From Thermoplasmatota archaeon (GTDB lineage: Archaea; Thermoplasmatota; E2; JACPAO01; JAHFTW01): a stretch of 64,000 nucleotides of DNA. Below are positions 11,801-20,255 of this stretch, piece by piece. The notes under the pieces are model-generated. The model saw only the letters and a list, made by a program, of their open reading frames with translations, was not told where the DNA came from and ran no database searches. The DNA lies in contig JBFIHX010000005.1 of NCBI GenBank assembly GCA_041601615.1, positions 96,001 through 160,000 on the forward strand, written 5' to 3'. The first letter of the stretch is position 1. Each line of letters opens with the position of its first letter. Both the position numbers and the translations under genes were made by a program.

Positions 11801-12193
11801 GACCCCGACCGCGACGGCGACGGTGTCGCCAACAACGTGGACGCCTTCCCTGACGACCCCAACGAGTGGGCGGACACGGACGGCGATGGCGTGGGCGACA
11901 ACAGCGACGTCTGCCCAGGCTTCGACGACGCGGTCGACCTCGATGGCGACGGCATCCCCGACGGCTGCGACACGGACCGTGACGGCGACGGCGTCGAGAA
12001 CGACCTGGACAACTGCGCTGACACGGCCAATGCGGACCAAGCCAACCAAGATGGCGACCGCAAGGGCGACGTCTGTGACAGCGACCGCGACGGCGACGGC
12101 TACAGCAACGGCCGCGAAGAGGCCCACGGCACCGACCCCGACGACCCCTCGTCCTTCCCGACGAAGGGATCGGCTTCGTCCAGCTCGAAGTAG
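5846..12193 (+). CDS. 2115-aa secreted multidomain protein: BNR/sialidase-like propeller, TSP type-3 repeats, PPC domain, S8-like peptidase, Ig-like domain
   Basis: Signal peptide; Asp-box motifs (SYDGGLTW, SKNNGLTW, SDDYGLTW, TFDGGATW); many DxDGDGxxDxxDNCP repeats; YDCRPY PPC motif; S8-like triad TDSGV / GHGTASAS / SGTSSATP. Confidence 0.88.
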   Translation: MVVGQQTRNVSKLAVLGIALLFALPGVQAVVPDVPDVPDVLDLQAGTAGATGATSPTFGVAGTPAFDRYAVPSNVWSWDNSAEPTVGIYWDDNGPDPLYFKTLFGVGKAEWDDTVSPPTVQWEDWSRFIETASGVFADPILHTDEVTGRTWAGHFRLPTPCADMAFRDHDSSNLDTDLAGWTTMPAVCQVSAGDHETVGSGAWSKDIDVSAVATYGRAVYYCAQYPIVNSCTVSYDGGLTWPQITSRQVTDEFPLLACAGIHGHVRVSEDGYAAIPHRQCGSQAGFALSKNNGLTWAPRDVPGTGAIGHFDPSISFSRNADADGDYWTYFAVANPGAVLVAASDDYGLTWKNGGSAIDVGAFYTGPNGEKITRTEWVDIQAGDHDRAAISFLASTDTESVAHNGCGINTAQNNIVWNYYAGFTFDGGATWEVTKASNDIVQLGPIYDGGFGTGDDSCRNLLDFNDMDIDSMGRMHIGYADGCRDPCTTQGQSRQDDGVVLRQSTGRGVFAAYDDNTPVDTDGDGIPDTLDNCPLVHNPDQTDSDGDGLGDACDTNEPDADGDGIPDAIDNCPNTPNAGQEDLDNDGIGNVCDSDRDGDNYDNGSDAFPDDPTEWADSDGDGVGDNSDTCPGHDDNIDLNNNGIPDGCDSGPDDPDPATPNMQSGVPSVFQPAAETFEYKKINVPADATTLTVKMTGPACEADGFLCLDQDYDMYVRANSKPDLTTYDCRPYSTSNRESCTMSVSDAWVYVGVYAFQGNGPVSVTATHDGTGGQPPNDGKTTYYFDRGDGETSTVGNTEVILSSTTLPLKLDEPSFSDPAVMYMPFVDGTTSPNGFYDPAHWTSTDDVSHTTANVTVNWWMTAPASGPGFFEDFDVTLYRNGEQIAKAAAVRFAARTAAVPEEFSVTLNNVAGGTGVLGVQIDPINGANQQDYFLLFDSVAYPSHIVVDEGAPANDTDGDGIPDHLDNCPYTPNPGQEDTDGDGIGDVCDANEPDADGDGVPDTIDNCPNTPNADQKDQDSDTIGDVCDDDRDGDGYNNTLDAFPDDPTEWADSDGDGVGDNKDICPGFDDKVDSDGDGIPDGCEVPPTGDVAITHIDGAQVAATNGPFEGTVEVSGTADLPGVVVPTIAPAVVYGVTDSGVNPYHIDFLGSNVPNIALRTLSTYTGSSEGCPAGVLEAGVVMLDGNGDQMPFTRHPACYLEGYPVDAQSFQITLGGYNKGIDAAKWSQASTANRVYWVPGTKIVGLVNPAAGTMDAAHFDADGHGTASASVATGTLYGSCKDCLLVSAGSTSDAALAALLNADWIDFVSRSAGPRANAPTDGLGILTTIEATSKAAAERGQTYANSAGNGNANAFESPNQSLITATRGPDWNILVGAAQRSSSGTGASIITSGKPVDWSAWGAGTIPAACENNYNAECSHSGTSSATPIATGHMANVLAAVREAIGDTNVGQYVPADVGGTRQVIASGTPLSASPWLADGILQRPELWYVAYNCASDLASGPVLVYGTGPKGPYDEVYAGYGIADDATAQCAINALINGVAPSTDPEADEWDAQVEEVRDFLWGDWDGNADGTPGGSHRDFAPGVAAASAATTGNESYVEIQVVPAGSALNASNWDRASGAASWSWDWDTSLYGPGDYDIHARSFLYGIEADTDMVQATVPTPPCTTSFGWNTWALDANGTGWDVNAINPALDLQSLSVAETHADGSCTFDLNLEVASAVLADVQAITSTHTVDILEPASWTGPDISYNVVLTARPLAGGALVDPYVVLFLDGVEKANTNPNVGTGAELLSSEWDGDGNVTWHTEWNLLRGMGTIEGATVSSSEQVANLAPVAYTADTMATACPYDLQQGLGCDTDGDGIRDHSDNCIATVNPGQEDLDHDGAGDACDDDLDGDGVANADDAFPYDPTEWADSDSDGVGDNSDACPGHNDFADVDGDGIADGCDPDNNDGPLGDSDFDGVANKDDVCEGHDDNVDSDGDGAPDGCDPDRDGDGVANNVDAFPDDPNEWADTDGDGVGDNSDVCPGFDDAVDLDGDGIPDGCDTDRDGDGVENDLDNCADTANADQANQDGDRKGDVCDSDRDGDGYSNGREEAHGTDPDDPSSFPTKGSASSSSK

Positions 12194-12199
12194 GCGCCT

Positions 12200-12255
12200 C
12201 GGCCCAGGTTCTTCCCTTCTTACCTCTTTTCCCCGCCCGCCTCCCTCCTTTGCTC
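12200..12255 (+). terminator. pyrimidine-rich archaeal-type terminator candidate
   Basis: ttcttcccttcttacctcttttcccc tract directly after the stop codon. Confidence 0.4.
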
Positions 12256-12308
12256 CCTGGAACCACCGCGTCTTTGCGGCATGGCTTTGATGGCCTGCGC
12301 ACCGCAAC

Positions 12309-12860
12309 TTGGCAGGCTCCTTGCGACACCGCCAAGAAGCCCCGCCCGCTGCCGGACCCGTGCAACCGGCAGCCCCCGAGGCCGACCAGGACCGCTTCGC
12401 CCCCCACAGCATCTGCTACGGCTGCGGACCCGCAAACCCGGATGGCCTCCAAATCAAGAGCCACTGGGAAGGCACCCCCGACAACGGCGCATTCGTCATG
12501 ACCTTCGACCCCATCGCCGCTCACCAAGCGTTCCCCGGCGTCCTCAACGGCGGCATCCTAGGCGCCCTACTCGACTGCCACAGCAACTGGTGCGCCGCCA
12601 CCGCCATCATGCACCACCACAAATGGGACCGCCCCGACTGCACCGTCACTGCCGACTTCCACGTCAAGCTCAAGCGCCCGACACCCTACCCCGGCCGCCT
12701 CACCGTCAAAGCGCGCCCCATCAGCATTGACGACCGCGTCTGCAAAGTCGAAGCCGAAGTCTGGGCCGAAGTCAAAGGCGAACAGAAAATCACCGCGACC
12801 TGCACCGGCACCTTCGTCGCCGTCACCGAAGGCCACCCCGCCTACCATCGGTGGAACTAA
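12309..12860 (+). CDS. PaaI family thioesterase (hotdog fold)
   Basis: CYGCGPANPDGL, HQAFPGVLNGGILGALLD, TADFHVKLKRPTP. Start uncertain. Confidence 0.88.
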   Translation: MAGSLRHRQEAPPAAGPVQPAAPEADQDRFAPHSICYGCGPANPDGLQIKSHWEGTPDNGAFVMTFDPIAAHQAFPGVLNGGILGALLDCHSNWCAATAIMHHHKWDRPDCTVTADFHVKLKRPTPYPGRLTVKARPISIDDRVCKVEAEVWAEVKGEQKITATCTGTFVAVTEGHPAYHRWN

Positions 12861-12861
12861 C

Positions 12862-13698
12862 GTGCCGCCGCAAGGAAACGGACCGCCCGTTCCCGGACAC
12901 GGAGCCGACCACGAGGGGCAAGAACTGGACCAAACCCCATCGCCCGAAGAGGCGCCCGAAGCACTCGCCCGCAACGGTCGCGCCCTCACCTTCCACATCC
13001 TGTTTGGAATCGTAGGCGCCCTCCTGATCCTCAATTTTCTAGGTGGACTCTTCATAGGCTTCCTGCAAATCTTCCTCCCCGACGCAGAAGTCACCCAAGA
13101 CTTCGCATCCATGCTCGGCATCAACAGCGCCCGCGACCTCTACGTCAGCTCTCTGACCAACCTAGCCTTGTTTGGACTCGTCCCCCTGGCCTGGGTCTAC
13201 GGCACCCGCATCCAGCCCTGGCCCGGCGGCAACCGCTACCTAGGATTCCACGACGCCCCCATCTCCTTGGCCCGTGGCGTCGCCCTCGGCATCGGCCTCA
13301 TGCTCGTCGTCACCCTCGCAACCCTCCTCTACACCGTGGCCACCGAAGGCATCGACGCCATCAGCTCCGCCACCAACGAAACCGACAACCCCGTCGTGCA
13401 AGCCATCCTCGACAACCTAACCTGGCCACTCGCCCTCGTCATCGCGCTGAGCGCCGGCATCGGGGAAGAAATCCTGTTTCGAGGCGTGCTCCAAAAATGG
13501 CTCGGATGGTGGCCACAAGCCATCATCTTCGGCCTCAGCCACGCCGTCGGCGGCGAACCGGTGCAAATCCTCGTCACCGCCCTCATCGGACTCCTGTTTG
13601 GCTGGCTCGTCCACAAAGGCCACAGCCTGTGGCTCGTCATCGCCGCCCACGTCGTCTACGATCTAGCCCTGCTCTCAGTCGCCCTCGCTGCAGGATGA
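12862..13698 (+). CDS. CPBP (Abi/CAAX) family intramembrane metalloprotease
   Basis: GEEILFRG, FGLSH, AHVVYD motifs with multiple TM helices; GTG start at 12862. Confidence 0.9.
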   Translation: MPPQGNGPPVPGHGADHEGQELDQTPSPEEAPEALARNGRALTFHILFGIVGALLILNFLGGLFIGFLQIFLPDAEVTQDFASMLGINSARDLYVSSLTNLALFGLVPLAWVYGTRIQPWPGGNRYLGFHDAPISLARGVALGIGLMLVVTLATLLYTVATEGIDAISSATNETDNPVVQAILDNLTWPLALVIALSAGIGEEILFRGVLQKWLGWWPQAIIFGLSHAVGGEPVQILVTALIGLLFGWLVHKGHSLWLVIAAHVVYDLALLSVALAAG

Positions 13699-13776
13699 GG
13701 CCAAGCCTGAAGGACGAACGCAACGTCCCGGCCCCCATGCACACGACCGAACCCGCCGCACGAAGGGGATGACGGC

Positions 13777-14211
13777 GTGAGCTACATCCTGTTCGAACAC
13801 ACCGCCGACGTAGGCATCGAAGCCACCGCCACCGACGCCGAAACCACCCTCGTCGACGCCGCGCACGCACTTGCCCACGTCATCGCCGCACGCCCCGTCC
13901 AAGCAGGCCAAGGCCAGCACTGCACCGAGCGAACCTTCTTCGTCGAAGCGCCCGACCACGAAAGCCTCCTCGTGGCATTTCTTTCCGAATTCGTCTGGCT
14001 CTTCGAAGCCGACCGACTGCTCTGGGCCGGCGGCGGCACCCGCATCACCCACACCGACGACGGACTGCGCGCCCACGCCACCGGAAACATGGTCCCCTTC
14101 GACCCCACCCGCCACGGCGACGGCGTCGAAGTCAAGGCCATCACCTACCACGAAGTTTGTTTCGAGCCGAACGGCCATGGCTGGAAAGCACGCGCCATCC
14201 TTGACCTATAG
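13777..14211 (+). CDS. archease (RtcB activator)
   Basis: FEHTADVGIEA ... EVKAITYH ... AILDL signature; close to rtcB. Confidence 0.93.
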   Translation: MSYILFEHTADVGIEATATDAETTLVDAAHALAHVIAARPVQAGQGQHCTERTFFVEAPDHESLLVAFLSEFVWLFEADRLLWAGGGTRITHTDDGLRAHATGNMVPFDPTRHGDGVEVKAITYHEVCFEPNGHGWKARAILDL

Positions 14212-14270
14212 CTGTAAGAATTAGTCCAAGTAGCTGTAAAGGACAAATACCAGCACGCTTCCCTTCCCAT

Positions 14271-15422
14271 ATGCGCTGGATTGCTGTGCTTCTCATTGCC
14301 ACCTCCCTGGCAGGCTGCATCGGAGCCGAGAAGGAAACCCTGGACCCCGCCGACACCAAGGACCCGACCACCCCCGGAACAAACCTCGGAAACGCAACGG
14401 CCGTGAAAGCGATCCTCGGCCTCGACGTTGCCCTCGGCCCGGCGCCACTCGCCGTCAACATGAGCATCAGCGTACCAGGCTACCCCGGCTCCTCCTGGAA
14501 CCTCACGAGCCTGCTGGATGGCAACATCACCCAGATCGCCAGCGGCAACAGCACCCCCGCCGCCGCCAACCACACCTTCGACATCGGCAACCACACCCTG
14601 CGCCTCACCGTCACCACCCCCGACGGCAAGACCGCCACGGCCGAACGCATGGTCTCGGCACTTGGACCCGAACCCCCCGCCGTTCCCGAGCCCCTGGCCG
14701 ACAACCTCCAGGTGCTGAAACTCGAAGGCACCATGGCGGCAAACCTCAATCCAACCACCGCCCGTGAACTCCAAACCTTCGAAATCGTCGTCCCTGAAGG
14801 CACCCAAGCCATCACCCTCTGGACCGCCTGGGAATCCACGCCCATCGGCCTCCAGACGCCCCTGGCTGCCGACCTGGATGTGTTCCTGCGCGACCCCAGC
14901 GGCACCGCAGTCGTCTCCCGCGAATCCACCGACTTCGAATACGCCCACTACACAGAACCCCTCGAGGCCGGCACCTGGACCGTGGAAATCCTCGGATTCA
15001 GCGTCCTTGAAGACACCCTCTACACCGTAGAAGTCCTACTCTGGAGCACCCTGCCCCAGATGATGCAAGCTGCCGGCTCGTTCGTCGTCGCCGAAAACAT
15101 CGAAGGCCCCACCGTAGGCGACGCCCCCGTCCTCCACAACATTCCCGTGCCCGCCGGTGCCACCGCAATCGCCGGACGCCTCGCATGGTCCAACACAGAA
15201 CCCATCGGCAGCCCCGACAGCCCATGTTCCCGCACCGATCGGCTGCACGACCTCGACTTTGGCGCCGCCCTCGACACCTACACCTTCAGCAGCGGCACAT
15301 TCGCCGGATGCGAATTCGGCTACCTCGACGCAGACACCGACATCGGCGGCGTATGGCAATTCACCGTTACGCCCTACGCGGCAGCCGCCATCGACTACGT
15401 CCTCACAGTCTACTACGCCTAG
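14271..15422 (+). CDS. lipoprotein with PKD-like and PPC-like domains
   Basis: Lipobox LAGC, GPAPLAVNMS/HTF...LTVT PKD-like segment, ADLDVFLRDPSG...GTWTVEI PPC-like segment. Confidence 0.7.
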   Translation: MRWIAVLLIATSLAGCIGAEKETLDPADTKDPTTPGTNLGNATAVKAILGLDVALGPAPLAVNMSISVPGYPGSSWNLTSLLDGNITQIASGNSTPAAANHTFDIGNHTLRLTVTTPDGKTATAERMVSALGPEPPAVPEPLADNLQVLKLEGTMAANLNPTTARELQTFEIVVPEGTQAITLWTAWESTPIGLQTPLAADLDVFLRDPSGTAVVSRESTDFEYAHYTEPLEAGTWTVEILGFSVLEDTLYTVEVLLWSTLPQMMQAAGSFVVAENIEGPTVGDAPVLHNIPVPAGATAIAGRLAWSNTEPIGSPDSPCSRTDRLHDLDFGAALDTYTFSSGTFAGCEFGYLDADTDIGGVWQFTVTPYAAAAIDYVLTVYYA

Positions 15423-15466
15423 GACCGAGGGCAAAGCCTGAACAGCCGCCCCGTGTGGCCCGGCCC

Positions 15467-16936
15467 GTGTCCTGGGAAGGCCCGCTTCAGCAAGTAGGCA
15501 ATGCGATCCACGAGATCCCCGCCACCTACACGGGCCAAAACGGCGACCTCAAGATGCGCGTCCCCGGCCGCATCATCGCCAGCCCCGACCTCCTATCGCA
15601 CATCGCCGACGACCGCGCCCCCGAGCAAGTCGCCAACGTAGCAAGCCTACCAGGCATCGTCGGCGCTAGCCTCGCCATGCCCGACATCCACTGGGGCTAC
15701 GGGTTCCCCATCGGAGGAGTCGCCGCCTTCGACCCCGACAACGGCGGCGTCGTCAGTCCCGGCGGCGTCGGCTTCGACATCAATTGCGGCGTCCGGCTCT
15801 TGCGCACCGACCTCGACGTGGAACAAGTGCGCCCGCGCTTGCGCGAAGTCATCGACGTGCTCTTCGATGCCGTTCCCGCAGGCCTCGGCAGCCGCGGTAA
15901 GAGCGGATTTGCCGGCCGCGACCTCGATCACATCATGAACGAAGGTGCCGGATGGGCCGTCGAGCAAGGCATCGCCACAGCCCACGACCGCGAAGCCATG
16001 GAAGAACAGGGCCACATCCCCGGCGCCCGGCCCGAACTCGTCAGTGAACGCGCCCGCACCCGAGGGCAACGCAGCCTCGGCAGCCTCGGCAGCGGCAACC
16101 ACTTTCTGGAACTGCAATACGTCGACCAAACCCACGACGAAGACGCCTGCAAAGCCTACGGCGTGCGCCCCGGCCAAGTGCTCGTGATGATCCACACCGG
16201 CAGCCGCGGCCTCGGCCACCAAGTCTGCCAAGATCACGTCCAAGCCCTCCAAGACGTGCCCCGCCGCCACGGCATCGAACTGCCCGACCGACAACTCGCC
16301 TGCGCGCCCCTCGATACCCGAGAAGCCGACGAATACCTCGGCGCCATGGCCGCGGCCGCAAACTTTGCCTTCGTCAACCGCAGCATCCTCGCCGCCAAAA
16401 CCCGCGACGCCCTCGACCGCCTCTTCGGCGCCAACGTCCACACCGTCTACGACGTGTGCCACAACATCGCCAAGTACGAAGAACACACCGCCCCCGGCGA
16501 ACCCAACGGCCCCAAGCGACGCCTCTGTGTTCACCGCAAAGGAGCCACCCGCGCCTACGGCCCCGGCCACGCCGACCTCCCCACCGCGTACCAAGGTGTC
16601 GGCCAACCCATCATCGTACCCGGCGACATGGGCCGCATGAGCTACCTCCTAGCAGCCAGCCAAGGCGCCATGGACGAAACCTTCGGCAGCAGCTGCCACG
16701 GCGCCGGCCGCCGCCTCTCACGCGCCGCCGCCAAGAAGGAGTACAACGGCCAGGAACTGATCCAAATGCTCTGGGACCGCGACGGCATCATCGTCCGCGC
16801 CACCAGCAACAACGTCGCCGCCGAAGAAGCACCCGGGGCGTACAAGGATGTGAGTCAAGTCGTGGACAGCGTCGAAATGGCGGGACTCGCTCGCAAAGCT
16901 GCGCGGTTGCGGCCGCTCGGCGTCGTAAAAGGTTGA
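15467..16936 (+). CDS. rtcB: RNA-splicing ligase RtcB
   Basis: MPDIHWGYGFPIGG, GVGFDINCG, GSGNHF, HTGSRG, HRKGAT, SCHGAGR, EEAPGAYK. Start set at GTG 15467 (SWEGPL). Confidence 0.97.
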   Translation: MSWEGPLQQVGNAIHEIPATYTGQNGDLKMRVPGRIIASPDLLSHIADDRAPEQVANVASLPGIVGASLAMPDIHWGYGFPIGGVAAFDPDNGGVVSPGGVGFDINCGVRLLRTDLDVEQVRPRLREVIDVLFDAVPAGLGSRGKSGFAGRDLDHIMNEGAGWAVEQGIATAHDREAMEEQGHIPGARPELVSERARTRGQRSLGSLGSGNHFLELQYVDQTHDEDACKAYGVRPGQVLVMIHTGSRGLGHQVCQDHVQALQDVPRRHGIELPDRQLACAPLDTREADEYLGAMAAAANFAFVNRSILAAKTRDALDRLFGANVHTVYDVCHNIAKYEEHTAPGEPNGPKRRLCVHRKGATRAYGPGHADLPTAYQGVGQPIIVPGDMGRMSYLLAASQGAMDETFGSSCHGAGRRLSRAAAKKEYNGQELIQMLWDRDGIIVRATSNNVAAEEAPGAYKDVSQVVDSVEMAGLARKAARLRPLGVVKG

Positions 16937-17100
16937 ACAAGGTCGTCGGCGCGAAGCGTCGATGGCCTCCGGGGTATGGCCAAGGGGCGGAGCCCCTGGC
17001 GCGTGCAAAAAACTTCAGCCAAGTGGTCGATTCGGTGGAGATGGCGGGATTGGCCAGGAAAGCGGCGCGGTTGCGGCTACTTGGCGTCGTCAAGGGGTAA
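16853..17100 (+). repeat. duplicated last 28 codons of rtcB (16853-16936 and 17017-17100) with a hairpin-containing spacer
   Basis: Both copies encode SQVVDSVEMAGLARKAARLR(P/L)LGVVKG*; period 164 bp; spacer contains ggggtatggccaaggggcggagcccctgg. Confidence 0.95.
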
Positions 17101-17183
17101 AACCCTCCAACCTCCCGGCGCGCCCTCCGATGGATGCACAACCCGCCAGCAACGCTTTTCAAAGCCGACCCCGCCTCGGACGC

Positions 17184-18125
17184 ATGCACGGCCGCGCCCT
17201 GACCCTCACGTTCCTCTTGTTTGCAGTGGCCCTGGCCGGCTGCGCGGAGGGCTCCCCCAAGGAAACCGGGTCCGACGAGAACCTCGAAGGCATCGACGTG
17301 AAGGCCTCCGACACCACGGGCGTCATCCGAGGCATCGTCGTAGATTCCGCCATCGTGCCCGTCGCCAACGCCGTCGTAAGCATCCAGAGCCTCGGCATCA
17401 ATACGACCAGCAACGCCAACGGCGCCTTCGGTTTCCAAGACCTAGCACCGGGCACCTACTTCATCGAGGCACAAAAACCAGGCTTCTCCACTGTCCAAAA
17501 CAGCGTAGAAGTGGTCGCAGGCGTCGACGAGCCGCCCGTGCTCAAGCTCCTCATGACCATCCTGCCCGGCACCGCCCCCTACATCGAGGGCATCTCCATG
17601 GCCGGCTACCTCACCTGTGGAGTCGCCGTGTTTGCCACCAGTGTCGGCTGCACTACCTTCGGCTTCGTCGCAGACGCCATCAACGACCAAAGCATCTTCA
17701 GCGTCGACTACGCGCAGCCGCCCCAGTGGGTCCAAGGCGAACTGGTCTGGGAAGCAACCCAGCCACTTGCCGGCGCCTTCATCTGGGAAATCGTGCGCAG
17801 CGAAGAACCGTCCTCCCCGCAACCACACATCGGCTACCGCGAAACCCAAGGCAGCCCGGCGCTCGCCTACCTCAACGAAACCGTCACCGCCGAGCACGCC
17901 GCTTGGATCGTCGAAAAGGGCCTCGACTTCCGCTTCTTTGGCGGCCCGCACGAATTGTGCCAAATCCCCGTCGCACGTCCCCCCGGCACGCCTGTCGGCT
18001 GGGGCTTCGGCTGCGGCGTGACCCTGGAACAAGAAGCGGAAGTGTTCGTGCACAACTTCTACAACTTCAGCCCTGCCGAGGGCTGGCGCTTCACCAACGA
18101 TGGCGCGCCGGTCCTCCCCAACTAG
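17184..18125 (+). CDS. lipoprotein with carboxypeptidase regulatory-like domain
   Basis: Lipobox LAGC; TGVIRGIVVD...PVANAVV...NGAF.F..LAPGTYFIEAQKPGF. Confidence 0.8.
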   Translation: MHGRALTLTFLLFAVALAGCAEGSPKETGSDENLEGIDVKASDTTGVIRGIVVDSAIVPVANAVVSIQSLGINTTSNANGAFGFQDLAPGTYFIEAQKPGFSTVQNSVEVVAGVDEPPVLKLLMTILPGTAPYIEGISMAGYLTCGVAVFATSVGCTTFGFVADAINDQSIFSVDYAQPPQWVQGELVWEATQPLAGAFIWEIVRSEEPSSPQPHIGYRETQGSPALAYLNETVTAEHAAWIVEKGLDFRFFGGPHELCQIPVARPPGTPVGWGFGCGVTLEQEAEVFVHNFYNFSPAEGWRFTNDGAPVLPN

Positions 18126-18137
18126 AGCCGCCGGGCC

Positions 18138-19109
18138 CTAGACGGTCAGCGCCGAAAACTGCAACTCGTCGAATGCAGAAAGCTCCGCGTCGCCGCCTAG
18201 GTACTCCGCTTCCAGGTCCTTGATGCGGCCATACACCGACTCGTTGCGGGGCATGTGGCCAAGCAACTGCTCGCACAAGCGCACCATGCGCCCGGTGATT
18301 TGCTCAATCTCGGTCACGCGCCGCGCCGTCACGTCCTGCAACATACTGCATCGGTTCTCGGCGGTGTCGCGGCACACTTGTTGAGTGATCTCCACGAGGT
18401 CCCCAGGTGGCAAATCTACGCGAGCCAAACGGGCCAATTCCATGGCTTCTCGAACGAGGCCCGCCGAGAGGTTGCGAAGGTCATCGCGCACAACGACCTC
18501 GCCGTTCCGGACACCGTACAGAGCACCCACCGGGTTGAGGCCCGCATTGACGATCGCCTTTTGCCACACATGGCCGCGGGTTTCCGAGCACCACACCGGC
18601 GCCAAATCCGCGTCCGCAAGCAACGACGCAGCAACCCGTGCGCCCCCGTCTGCCTCCGGCTGCAACGGCACCGGCCCAACTTTGGTCGCACCAAGGCCCG
18701 CATGAACCACCTCGCCAGGAGCGGGAACATGCACGCCATGGCTCGTCAAACACACCGCGACCCGATCGGCAGGCAGCAGTGCGGCCAATTTTTCGCCATT
18801 GCCCAAGCCATTTTGCAAGCTCGCAAGCACCCCACCCTCGGCAACAAGCGGCGCCACGGCAGCACCTAGGCTCGCCGTCTGGTGGGCTTTGCACGTCAAC
18901 CACACAGCGTCGAAGCGCTCAGAAGGAACCTCGGTCACCACGCGAATCGGCCCCGAAAACTCCGTGTGGCCCGTCAATTGCAAACCTCGGGCGGCGACCG
19001 CTTCTGCCAGCCGTGGCCGACCAAGCAGCGTCACATCGTGGCCAGCAAGCTGAAGCCTCGCGCCCAGCATCGAGCCGATGGCGCCGGCACCGGCCACCAG
19101 CACACGCAT
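18138..19109 (-). CDS. panE: 2-dehydropantoate 2-reductase (ketopantoate reductase)
   Basis: GAGAIG, CKA, LQNGLG, WQKAIVNAGLNP, SMLQD, TEIEQITG. Its ATG overlaps the upstream stop codon (TGATG). Confidence 0.9.
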   Translation of the reverse strand: MRVLVAGAGAIGSMLGARLQLAGHDVTLLGRPRLAEAVAARGLQLTGHTEFSGPIRVVTEVPSERFDAVWLTCKAHQTASLGAAVAPLVAEGGVLASLQNGLGNGEKLAALLPADRVAVCLTSHGVHVPAPGEVVHAGLGATKVGPVPLQPEADGGARVAASLLADADLAPVWCSETRGHVWQKAIVNAGLNPVGALYGVRNGEVVVRDDLRNLSAGLVREAMELARLARVDLPPGDLVEITQQVCRDTAENRCSMLQDVTARRVTEIEQITGRMVRLCEQLLGHMPRNESVYGRIKDLEAEYLGGDAELSAFDELQFSALTV

Positions 19110-20182
19110 CAGTACGTCACCGTGCGGCGCATGGAAAGGATGCTCTCCAGCGTTTCCGATGCATCGGCATCCAGAATCGAATCCGCGTCTTCGTCGGGAA
19201 GCCCAATCAGTGTTGCGATGCGCTCCACTTCCGCAGGATCGAGCCCGCACACGGGCCGAAGCACCGGCAGGTCTGGTCGGTGGCTAATGTCCGAAAGCAG
19301 CGTGTCTCCCGTCACCACAACGTCCGAACCGGTCTCGCGAGCAACTTCCGCCGCCGCATCCATCAGAACCGACTTCGAAACAGAGCCAGAACAAGCGGGG
19401 AGCACCTCCACGTCATGCGTCATGCCCCACGCATGCATCGGTTCCAGCAAATCCACAGGCGCGCTTCCCTGGTCGCCCACGTGCAAAAGTATCACCGAAG
19501 CGCCGCGTCGCATCACAAGCCACGCAGCCACGAGGCTGGCACGATCCGAAACCAGCACCACCGCCTTGCCCTGCGCGCCCATGGGCAATCCACCCGGGCC
19601 CGGCCGCTTTTCGGTGTACACGTACGCCGTTTGACTGCGTGCCTCCACATGCAACCACAAATCGGGCGCCGTCAAGTCCACCTTTGGAGTGCGACCCGCA
19701 GCGGCAGCCGCCTCATACACCGCCGAGCCAATGGTGCGCCCCATGTCCGCGCTCTTGTACGGGTGATTGCCGTCGCGCCGCGCCTTAATCCCAAAGGAAG
19801 TCCACGGGTACTGAAGCGCCACCTCGGCCGCAACGGAGCACATGGACTCCATATCCGAAGCCGACGTGCGGCAAGGACTGGCAGAAACCACGCCAAACGT
19901 CCGACACGCCGCATCGCACAGCGCATCCACATCGGAGCCCACCATCCACACACGGGAGCCACGCGACACCACGTCGCCCTCCAAACCCTCCCGGATCAGA
20001 GATTCGAACAAGTTCTCTCGAAGGCGCCGCACCATTTGCCGCCGCACCGGCTCGCTCTTGATGCCAAGTTCGCCAAAGCGCACCAGTACGCCGTCCCAGG
20101 CCACGGACGCGCCGAGACGCCGACCCGTCAAAAGGGCGCCCACGGGGGCGATTGCCTCGTCAAGGTCAAATGGGGGATGCAT
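19109..20182 (-). CDS. THUMP-domain ThiI-like protein with degenerate PP-loop
   Basis: VRFGELGIKSEPVRR, FGVVSASP, VDLTAPD, GPGGLPMGAQGK; SDRAS stands where ThiI has SGGxDS. Confidence 0.82.
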   Translation of the reverse strand: MHPPFDLDEAIAPVGALLTGRRLGASVAWDGVLVRFGELGIKSEPVRRQMVRRLRENLFESLIREGLEGDVVSRGSRVWMVGSDVDALCDAACRTFGVVSASPCRTSASDMESMCSVAAEVALQYPWTSFGIKARRDGNHPYKSADMGRTIGSAVYEAAAAAGRTPKVDLTAPDLWLHVEARSQTAYVYTEKRPGPGGLPMGAQGKAVVLVSDRASLVAAWLVMRRGASVILLHVGDQGSAPVDLLEPMHAWGMTHDVEVLPACSGSVSKSVLMDAAAEVARETGSDVVVTGDTLLSDISHRPDLPVLRPVCGLDPAEVERIATLIGLPDEDADSILDADASETLESILSMRRTVTY

Positions 20183-20255
20183 GTGGCGAGGGTTGCGCTC
20201 CCTTACAGCGTCAGAATCATACCGTCGGCCTCCGCGCCTTCGGTCCCTCTGCATT

